From Catajapyx aquilonaris (Eukaryota): 44,076 nucleotides of DNA. A program made the position numbers and the translations under genes. Below, piece by piece: positions 34,950 to 44,076 of this stretch (the first letter of the stretch is position 1; the number at the start of each line of letters is the position of its first letter). A model generated the notes under the pieces. That model did no database searches, was not told the DNA's origin, and worked only from the letters and a program-made list of their open reading frames with translations. The stretch covers positions 1 to 44,076 of the forward strand of contig KZ538856.1 of assembly GCA_000934665.2 (NCBI GenBank), given 5' to 3'.

Positions 34950-36315
34950 ATCCAGACCATTTCACTCTCAACAATTATTACAGCAAACGGATATTTGTGC
35001 ACCCTGCATTTGCAGTAATAAGGATTATATTTAAATGCATAATATCACCACTCATGTGGAGGCACAATTGAGAAGCATTAATTCTTAAAGTTAAGATAAA
35101 TCGCAGATTTATTTTTCTCTTCATTATATCACAGATAGCATCCGCTTTGCATCTTGCAAATAAACCATATTGCAGATAAATTCTCCTTCACCAATAGGCT
35201 ACTCTACGTTACTGTGGATTTTTGGGACGTTCCTTGATTACTCTGTGCCTACTTTTTTTCTCAACTGGATATTATTGCACCATTCCAACCTGTCGTTGCA
35301 GCATGAGCCTTTTCTTCCCATCACACCCATGGATAAATGTCACAACAAAGTGGCATCCATTACTCAATTTAAACCACAATCACATTTTGAAAAATCTAAA
35401 TGAGTTGCTAAATTAAGTTACAATTATCTGTAAGAATTTTTAAAATGCTTTATTCCCATTCCTAGTTTAAAATTCGTTTTTAAGTAACGTGTAAGTTACT
35501 TAAGGTTACAGAAGTAATGGGGGTGGAGGGTGGGGAAGAGGGAGGGAGGAGGTGGTGGTGGAAGGGAGAGTAATTGACAAATATGTATGTAGCAACCATG
35601 AAGCTCAATAGCCAAAACTCATTGTTTCACATGCTAAGAGAACATGGTCAGCTGGACATCTACAGTTTAAGGGGATTGGCATTTCACAAGTATATTTTGG
35701 CCAGATGTATACAACCAGCAGCTCTCTACAACTAAAATATGGTATGATACAAACATTAGAGTGCTGATGATTGCATAGCATCAGGTTACATTCAGCCAAA
35801 ACTTTTTGTACAGATATTACATCCTTTAGGGGCAGGTTCACTTTTTTGTTGTTGTTGTTGTTGTTTTTAACTGACCAAGGAGTCCACAAATACTCGCTAA
35901 GGGAGATTTACAGCAGCCTATGGTTGGAAGTTCCCTTTAACCTGACTTAGAACACCTTATACCAATAATTATTGGCCTTGGCAACATGTATAAAAATCAC
36001 TCCTAAGTATCAGCTCATATTGGTTCCCTCCTTTATGCACCAGGCTACAATGCTATTCTTTATGATGAGGTTTCACAATGACATATGAGTGGATGATCAC
36101 TTCAGCTTGCCTTACAACATGTTAATATGCTAGTAATTGGCTCTGTTAACACATAAAAATCACTAGGAGCACCTTTTTAAGGCAAAGATTGGTCCATGAT
36201 AGTTCACAAATGGATGAGATTACTCAAAGAGCATTAGCTCCTCATGTTTCTTTGCTAAAAGCCATCAAAATGGAAGTGGATAGGCTCTCTGTCCTAATTA
36301 ATATTGTCCATAACT

Positions 36316-36412
36316 TCACATCAAATGCACAGCATCTGACTCCACATAAGGAGACAGGGGTTTGTACCTCATTATGTGCTGGGTACCTTTGTCAAGGTCC
36401 ACTTCTTCTGTC
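36316..36412 (-). CDS. Sld5: Sld5 exon 4
   Basis: RTEEVDLDKGTQHIMRYKPLSPYVESDAVHLM*. Confidence 0.92.
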
Positions 36413-38750
36413 CTGGAGAATTAAAATACATAAAGTAAGAAAGATGAAGTAAGTTATTATAGGTCGTTCAAAAATGATTGGGACTCCAATTTTTTTCAGC
36501 GCACTAACCATTTAATGAGACACACTGAATGCATGGTACATTAGATACCCTAATGTACCATGCATTCAGTGTGTCTCATTAATTTCTTGTCTTGGGAGGT
36601 GAACTTGTGACCATGAACTGCTTCTTTCATTGCGTAGATCAGAGCATAATCTCTAGTCTCAATATCCGGCAAATATGGAGAATGAGGCAGCACGGAGTAT
36701 CTTAGAGGTCATGACATGACAATGCGGGGCCACATGTCAGTCACTCCACCATTGATATCCTGAAGCCTAGGGTACACCATGCAGCCTCATCGTCCATATT
36801 AACGGGATCTTGCTACTAGTGACTATGCTCTGTTCGACTCAATGAAAGAGGCAGTGCACTGTCAAAAGTTCACCTCCAACGATGAGCTTCGGTCAGTTGT
36901 CTACAAGTGGCGCTGGGGTACCCCCAAAGAATGGTTTTCTGTAGCAATATGGAAACTGTAGGAACGGTGGCAACAGTGCATAGACACTGGCAGGGAATAC
37001 CATAATGTACCATGAATTCATTTTGTCCCATTAAATGGTTAGGTGCAGATAAAAATTGGAGTCCCAATCATTTTTGAACGACCTAAGTAATTTGCAACCA
37101 GGACAAAATGTTACCTTCCACTTGCAGTGCCATCATCGAGAAGTAAACCAGGCACATTCTGTTTTACTTGGAAGAACACATAGGAATCTAGGGGCGGCCC
37201 TCTCTTGACCATATTGGCGTCGATGGTCTGGTAGCGAGTGCCTGGGAGATGGCGCAGAGCAACACTTTGCATGTGGGATTCCAAGTTCGAGGCATGTTCT
37301 TGGGCGTACTGCAACTCCGATGGACTCATCCTTGAAGAACTTCCTTGGACATGTTTTTTTTCTTCATCCAAGAGATGCCATACATATTTTTCTATCTTTT
37401 CTATCCGAATGCGAAGGTAACTTGACACCATGAAACGCAGTCGATCCATCTGTGGATGTCCAGAAGGCGGGTATATAAACTCAGATCTACAAAAGAACTT
37501 TCATAATTAGAAAAACTGGTTTTCTTATTATAACAACAGGATGTCCCCTGATAAGCATACTAGGGCCTTTTAGGGGACCCTATGCAGTACAGTGAAGGAT
37601 GTAGGGTAAAAGCAGCCTTGAAAAACTTGTGAATCCTGTCCATGCGGTTCTGGTAGCACTTTTGAACGTAAATGAGCTAAACACTCCACAAAATGGGCAG
37701 AATTTTGCCCATACCTGAGATTTGCAGTATGAATAGCATAAACTACTGCACTTTAAAATACGAATATTATTATTGAAAAGTGCATGCTACATTACGATTT
37801 AAATTAATTTGACTAACATACCCTAACTAACCCAGTTCAGTGGTTTCCAACATTTTACCAACTGCAACCGCCTAAACATGTTTCCATTAATGTGCGACCC
37901 CTCCCCTCCGACAACTGCCCCCTCTCCAGAAAACATACGGCTATATTAGTTTCGCAAGTCCTATCAGGCTACGTGGCCACTTTCCGCGAGTTTTTGAGCA
38001 CCCTGTATAGCAGATATCTTTGGCTGGGACACCAAAACACCTGCCATACCAGGCTTGCACGACGCTATCGATCTGATACCATCATCACCCAACAAAACAA
38101 TTGGAAAGTGGCTACCAGTGGGATTTGCCCTGGAACAGCAACCTCTAAACCTGCCTCAAATCTCACTTCCGCTCAGTCATTCTCCCTGGAAGTATCCCAA
38201 GTTTGCATTGTAGTTGGGCAGGATTTCTGCACAATTACCCATCATGACTAAGTAGGCATGAAATAAATTGCGTTTCGCAACAATCTGCGCATGTAATTTA
38301 TGAACATTTAAGGCATGATTTCTACCCACATGCTTTACACATACCTCTTCCCTGTGCATATCAACAATAAAGTCCACCCTGGCCGCTTTGGAGATGTTGG
38401 TCTTCAAGGCGTTGATCTGTTCCACCAAACAGTCCACTAGCTCCGTTCTAGGCGTCAACAGCTCTGGAGCCAACTTTTCATTCAGCCAGACCTGGGGCCG
38501 AGAGGGGTGGAAAAAATAACCCCATACAGTAAGCTTAATAATAGTGATCCGAGTGATGAAGGTACATCATCAATGTAGCTGATGGCTTCCTTCCCTGGGC
38601 AGGTATAATCATGCTACTCACCCGACGGAACTTTTGCACCACCTCGGCCGTGGTCATCAGCTCAGTATCCGAGTCTTCCTCTTCTTCCGCCTGCATGAGG
38701 GTGGCTGTGTCGAACGGCACCGAGGCCGGCCCCTCATCGCCCTCCGACAT
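36316..38750 (-). CDS. Sld5: DNA replication complex GINS subunit Sld5 (GINS4); 4 exons, 235 aa
   Basis: Minus-strand exons 38750-38622, 38491-38345, 37449-37115 and 36412-36316; 708 nt, GT-AG introns, consistent phases. Motifs VWLNEKLAPELL, MDRLRFMVSSYLRIRIEKIEKY, PPLDSYVFFQVK and VDLDKGTQHIMRYKPLSPYVESDAVHLM* match the Sld5 family. Confidence 0.95.
36460..37085 (+). mobile_element. Internally deleted mariner (DD34D) in Sld5 intron 3, with inverted arms of about 85 bp
   Basis: TAGGTCGTTCAAAAATGATTGGGACTCCAA / TTGGAGTCCCAATCATTTTTGAACGACCTA. Decayed motifs HDNAGPH, HRPY*RDLATSDYALFDSMKEAV and KL*ERWQQCIDTGREY. Confidence 0.9.
37115..37449 (-). CDS. Sld5: Sld5 exon 3
   Basis: MDRLRFMVSSYLRIRIEKIEKY...DDGTASG; gtaa donor. 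Confidence 0.94.
37838..37938 (+). mobile_element. Left-end fragment of the 31899 hAT MITE family (Sld5 intron 2)
   Basis: cagtggtttccaac..cctaaacatgtttccattaatgtgcgaccc..acaactgcccc..cagaaaacatac aligns with 31899-32035. Confidence 0.75.
38345..38491 (-). CDS. Sld5: Sld5 exon 2
   Basis: VWLNEKLAPELLTPRTELVDCLVEQI...DMHREE; gtatgt donor. Confidence 0.93.
38622..38750 (-). CDS. Sld5: Sld5 exon 1
   Basis: MSEGDEG...TTAEVVQKFRR followed by a gtgagt donor. Confidence 0.88.
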
Positions 38751-39082
38751 TTCTCACTTATGTGTGGGGAGCAGAGCAACTCCTTTAGCAACTCCGGTGT
38801 CCGATCCGGTCTCACAACTCACACTGCCGGCGCCCCTTGGCCCTAGTCCCCCACCGCCACCACCCGGTTCCCTTCCCGCTCGACAGGGTTGCCAGGTCAC
38901 CATAGTGCACCAGTGCACCCAACTTCCACATTGGGATAAAATTAGTTAAAAACACTGAGATTAGAGGTGGTTTTGTAGGATCAATTACCATAATATTTAA
39001 TCAGCGTGTAATCATGTTTAAAAGCGGTTGTGAAAAGAGACTAGCGGTATCTGGCGGCGGATCTAACAAGCGACTCTTGTTA

Positions 39083-39102
39083 TCGCCAACCGCCAATTTC
39101 AA
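39083..39102 (-). promoter_or_regulatory. Candidate E2F-like sites upstream of Sld5
   Basis: The minus strand reads TTGAAATTGGCGGTTGGCGA about 340 bp upstream of the Sld5 ATG. This fits a replication gene, but the motifs are short. Confidence 0.3.
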
Positions 39103-39659
39103 TCCATTTTGCTCGGAACTGACCTGTGACAGCATGCTACTTTAGCAGGAAAATGGTCTACTACGCGATGTTGGTTTTATACTGCCATTTTAAGATTACT
39201 TTTTGACTTGCCCTCGTATGATATGGCCAAGTGACGTAATTAAGTTTCACTCTGTCTTAATATTTCCGCACAATGCAATTTGCATTATTGGGAAAGACAC
39301 TCCCATACCAGTGTTTTTTTACTGCAAAATAATGTAACACAATTTATTGCAATATATTTTTACATCATTAAACAGAACTATTTGCACAATAGAAACAACT
39401 TTGCTGAAAGCATTTGGATTAGTAACGTGTGAAAGGCATCTATTGGGACTTCGGGAAATCATACCCAAAAATTATTTATTTATGCCTTTCTAGATTTTGA
39501 CCGAACATTCAAATGTCATAATTCTGATATCTACACTTATTATAAACCTTATGATAATAAGTTATTCCGTCTCCCAACATGAGCTAAACATACCCCCTCC
39601 CGCGGCGTCAGAACAGGGTGTCCCGTAAGTCTGGACTCTTATAGGGATTTCTCATAGTA

Positions 39660-39770
39660 CAGTGCTGGACATATTAGCAGACCCTAAATGGTTACTTAGT
39701 TGCCAGATAACGCCAGCGCCGCCTATGCCGAAAAATGAACATTTAGGGACTGCTAATATGTCCAGCACTG
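39660..39770. mobile_element. 111-bp Tc1-like MITE, directly followed by a further CAGTGCTGGACATAT terminus at 39775
   Basis: TA|CAGTGCTGGACATATTAGCAGACCCTAAATG...CATTTAGGGACTGCTAATATGTCCAGCACTG|TA. Confidence 0.87.
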
Positions 39771-40554
39771 TATACAGTGCTGGACATATGACCCAAGAAG
39801 CATATATTCCACGGCCTCCATATCTCATATCTCATATCGCATATCTCAACTACACGCGGAGCTTACAAAGGTTTTATTTCATAACCTGGAAGGGGTCACC
39901 GAGTATATCACAAAATATAATCAGCACAACCGTCACGTTTACCATAACGGCGTAATAAATTGCGAAATATGCACATTTTGACCAAAATATGCAAGATTGG
40001 AGATTTTTTGCAGGTGACTGTACCATTAAATAAGGTAAATTTATGCATTACATAACAGTGTGTTATTCCAAAAGCATGAGTTTAAAATTTCATGTTGGTT
40101 TTCAGAACAGTTCCAGAAATATATACTCATTGAAAGAAATGGAAAAGTGCACCTTCCCGTGAAGGTTATTTTGGTACCGTCCCCTTAAAAGAAATATTAA
40201 TATCTCGACAACTAAATTAATTTAATCTCGTAAAACAGATTGCTCCATAAGAGTTCAATTGGATGTGGGTTTCACATATATTTTTTTCAAAAAAATCGAT
40301 GACTATGACCTGACACCTTTTTTCACTCACTGGCTGATCTGAAATGGAACCACCCTACTATAAAATTAATACGGTATGCTCTTTTTTCAAGCAGATGGAG
40401 AACCTTTTTAATTATTATGCAGGTTGGATACATTGGACAACAATGACGGTGCCACCAGTTTAGGTGTCCAGGGAACGGTGAATTAATTATTATTTACACA
40501 ACATTTTTTTTGGCAAGTAGGTTAAGTTCAACTCTCAGTAAGTACCAAATCAAG

Positions 40555-41860
40555 ATGAAGTCCATGTCATATAAATCGATCGTGTTCGAGACAAAAAAGC
40601 AGTCAAGCCACTCAAGACCTCATGTCACCCACTCACAAACAACGGTCACCTTGTCTCCAGAAGATTTTGATTATTCCATGTATCGGTGGTTGGAATCCCT
40701 CCCCCTAGTTCACAACAACAAGAAGAATCTAGCCAGAAATTTCAGCGATGGCCGTAAGTACTGTACATGCAGCAATTTTATTGTTGGGTGATGCCACCTA
40801 TAGTATAATAGAGTATCTCCCGTATGCGTCGCAGGCATGTGTGCGCAGATAGTGCGCCTCTACTTGCCGCGGTTTGTGGACCTACACAATTACCAACCTT
40901 ATTCGTCAATCAAGAACAAGCTGGCTAATTGGTCTGTGCTGAATTGGAAGGTCAGATGTGAATGACACTTTTATGGCCGATTACTTACCTCTGGATACTC
41001 AATGGCCTGCTGCTCTTTACAGGTATTCCGCAAGCTTAAATGCCCCCTCAGTGCCAAGTTGATCGAAGATGTTTGCAAGTCCGTGAAAGGCGCAGCAGAG
41101 AAAGTGCTACAAAAGTTGAAGCCCGTCTTGGAGAGGGAATCAGAGAAACAGTCTGCAAGCCTTGTGACCATAAAAGAGGCAGCCGGAGATGCAGTCCCTG
41201 CTGGTAAAGTCGTATAATCCTAGTGAAGCGGCATGGCATGGAGCGAGTTGGCATATTCCGGTCACCTATATAGACATATGCACGGAAATGGCCCATCTTG
41301 CTCCATTCCTTGTCCCCTCAAGTTCGTGCCAGTTTGCCCCTGACCTGACCCCGCCAATATTTCTCTACAGTCATGGAGCCTCCTGCCAAACCTAAGACCC
41401 TAGAGGAGTACAATGAGATCATTTCGTTCGTGCTAGATGAGAATGATTGGCTTAGGCTTGAGAACGAGCGCCTCCAGGCCGATATCAACAGCGTGACTAA
41501 CAAGAAACAGGAGTGCATGGATGATCTAAAAATTCAAAACCAGGAGCTCCGCGATGAGGATCCTCAAATGACATCCAACGCAGACCTACCGGACCTTAAC
41601 CCCGGAACCCTGCTAATGGACGATCAGTACATGAAGAGCATGCTTGCTATTGTGGAGGGAAAAGAGAAGATGTTGACGCAGGTGAGGTACCGGTAATGCA
41701 TGTTAGTGTGAAATGGTGGTGAGTAATGACTGGCGATGCGTCGGTGCTTCAGGTGCGGCACGTGCGTCAACTACTGGTAAACTTCATGACCGAATTGGAC
41801 GAACAAGAGGAGGCAGTCAAGCTGGAGGTGGCTAAGACCCGCATCAAGAAATTAATCTAA
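40555..41860 (+). CDS. Sperm flagellar protein 1-like (SPEF1/CLAMP-type CH domain plus C-terminal coiled coil); 5 exons, about 304 aa
   Basis: Exons 40555-40753, 40835-40950, 41023-41203, 41371-41681 and 41753-41860; 915 nt, GT-AG. Reads MYRWLESLPL..KKNLARNFSDGRMCAQIVRLYLPRFVDLHNYQPYSSIKNKLANWSVLNWKVFRKL, the SPEF1 CH signature. AATAAA at 41974. The start codon could instead be 40564. Confidence 0.85.
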
Positions 41861-42950
41861 AGCCCGCGAGTCGCCTGTAGGCGAATAACCATGATTTACG
41901 CAAAAAAAAAAAAAAACACAACAAAAAACAACCCAACAAGCTTTGCGGGCTACAATCAAATACTAAAAGTTAAAATAAAAATTTCCACTCCGAAGTCTGT
42001 AAGGATGGGTTGATTTTTTTATTTCAAAATATTTAGTAATACCCTCCCTATACTGCTAAGTGTAGTTTTCAGTAGTAAACTTATATCTTTTTTACTGCCC
42101 ATTTTTTCTGTACTTCAGAATTGTGGTACAGTACAGCTTAAATAAATTGGTGAAGGTCTTACATGCGCCCGTCTTGTTTCAGAACAGTAGGCCTACAGTA
42201 GCCTACATTTTTTCCGCCACGGAGGTCGTGCTACCTTTTTAACTGAAAGGAATGGTTTTGTTTTTATTTGAGTTCTTTTTAAATATCTTACTCGTAGTGC
42301 CGAAGAACTTCGGGCACATGTCGTGAAATGGGACATTCTTACTTCTCTTTGTATGGGACAGTGTGGACTGTGGAGGCTTATTGGGAGTCCAAAAAAGCTG
42401 TTAGACATATAGTGAGTTCGAGAGCTGCAGAACTGTGCAGAACACAATAATTATGAGCACGCCAGATTCACATTGAGTGTACTTTTTACATACATTCTTT
42501 TCCCTGGCTCAAAAATGGCGTACATTATTGGGATATGTGTTAAAGTAACTATAATGCTGCCCCACTCCCCTATACAGCACGCAGGTGAACTGGAAGATAG
42601 CCGATTTTTAGTGTCATGATTCCTATCCTTTGTCCCAGTATTGGTCCCTGTATTGGTTGGAATACAAACTCAGGGTTGTAAATACGATAAGTTTTGTGTC
42701 TTTCTGCAATTTTATGGGGTGACTTTGGACATGGGGAGGAAGTACAGTACTGTACGTCAGAGTTGTAGAGGGGAGGTCTTACCAACACTACATAGGACTG
42801 AGAAATGGGCCATCCAATGAGAAAAACGCGAAGTTCATTACATCAGGGCACCAAAAACTCAGCAGAAAATGATCAGGTCCCATGCAGCACCATTTCGGAC
42901 ATGGTCCGAAACAAACATCCAAAGAAACACGGAGAGCAACCTGTATTAAC

Positions 42951-43200
42951 TGAAGCCCACAGCTGGAAAACGTTGTATCAAACAAAATTGTCAAAGTTGT
43001 GTTTTCCATGGTAAAACGTTGTATCATCAAAGCTCCATCAGCTGGTGTCCTCGATGGCCGCCTGTGGAACTTGATAATCCTTTGTTCAAACAAATTCGGA
43101 TAATAAATTAACAGTTCCCTGTTGCAGATAGGGACATTTTTCATGTTTTTCTTATAAATCACATTTTGTTAGATACAACGTTTTCCAGCTGTGGGCTTCA
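42951..43200. mobile_element. MITE with TIRs of about 40 bp, superfamily unassigned
   Basis: TGAAGCCCACAGCTGGAAAACGTTGTATC / GATACAACGTTTTCCAGCTGTGGGCTTCA; internal copy of AAAACGTTGTATC at about 43013; no clear TSD. Confidence 0.78.
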
Positions 43201-43382
43201 TTACTATTGAGGAGGAAAATAAACTCACACTCAGTATAGGTATATAAAGGGCTATACTCTGCTATGTTGAGTGGGCATGAAGAGACAGGTCCAGGTCAAA
43301 TTCATGCCCCCCNNNNNNNNNNNNAAATAAACAAAAAATGTTGGCGGAAGAAACAGCTATAATACGTATGTTTCCTTCACTA

Positions 43383-43438
43383 ACATTCGTCATCAACATC
43401 TGGACACCTATAGATGTCCAGATGTTGATGATGAATGT
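43383..43438. repeat. 56-bp near-perfect palindrome
   Basis: ACATTCGTCATCAACATCTGGACA-CCTATAGA-TGTCCAGATGTTGATGATGAATGT. Confidence 0.9.
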
Positions 43439-44076
43439 CTTGGGGTTCAGTTCCATGTTGTTCGCAAATTGGCGAATATCAGAAACCTTCGCAGAGGGTG
43501 TTATATTTTTAGTGACATCAATGATGCTCATGTTGAATGAACATGCCAATACAGGTGTTCCTATCGGTTGTATAAAAATAATATTCCCCTTGTGCGGTAC
43601 ATTCGGTACCAGTACCGTATACCAACACCATTCGTTTGGAGATGACCTTTGTGAGTTTTTTTAAAACTTTAATAACTTACATGTCCGAGACTGGACTCAT
43701 CCTTCAACGTGAAAAACAACTCTTACGTGCATGACTGTTCTGGTCTTCAATAAATGACATTTTCTACTGTCTAAGTTAATTTATTCCGGATTTTCTATCA
43801 ACATGTCTTCATGGGACAGCTGAGACATTGCCAAAATGCGTCCGAAGCCGCTCAGTTCTACGGAAATTAGTACAATGCTGCCGCCAGTACTATGATACTC
43901 CTCGAATACGGTAGTGTAATAACTGTGTCCCACGGCTGCATAATTTCATTATCCACATAGGCTGGCGAGCCGATGCCAAATCCAAGAGCTTCGGCAAAAT
44001 GCCGCCAGGTGGCTGCAAATAAAAAAGGACAAAATGCGGGTTTTGCGATGGCGCGCGTTGCACATACTTATAATTT

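Overview
Eukaryotic genomic DNA, probably from an arthropod or insect: intron-rich, with GT-AG splicing and many transposon remnants. Four host genes can be reconstructed by hand. (1) The last coding exon of a non-muscle essential myosin light chain (Mlc-c/MYL6-like, + strand). (2) A complete 11-exon MICAL-like gene (+ strand, 13266-33729, about 959 aa) with CH, LIM, NPF, proline-rich and bMERB regions and no monooxygenase domain. (3) A complete 4-exon GINS subunit Sld5/GINS4 gene (- strand, 36316-38750, 235 aa). (4) A 5-exon SPEF1-like CH-domain gene (+ strand, 40555-41860, about 304 aa). Introns and spacers hold Tc1/mariner- and hAT-type MITEs, a 5'-truncated LINE with a TSD, two copies of a tRNA-derived SINE with different 3' tails, and a tRNA-like element with an aberrant anticodon arm. 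The most striking pattern is four independent Tc1/mariner relics, all in introns, whose two arms are both copies of the element's 3' end. In three of them the duplicated part includes transposase C-terminal codons, so the host pre-mRNAs would carry long hairpins of transposase sequence. No prokaryotic systems or CRISPR arrays are present. All calls were made by eye, without database searches.
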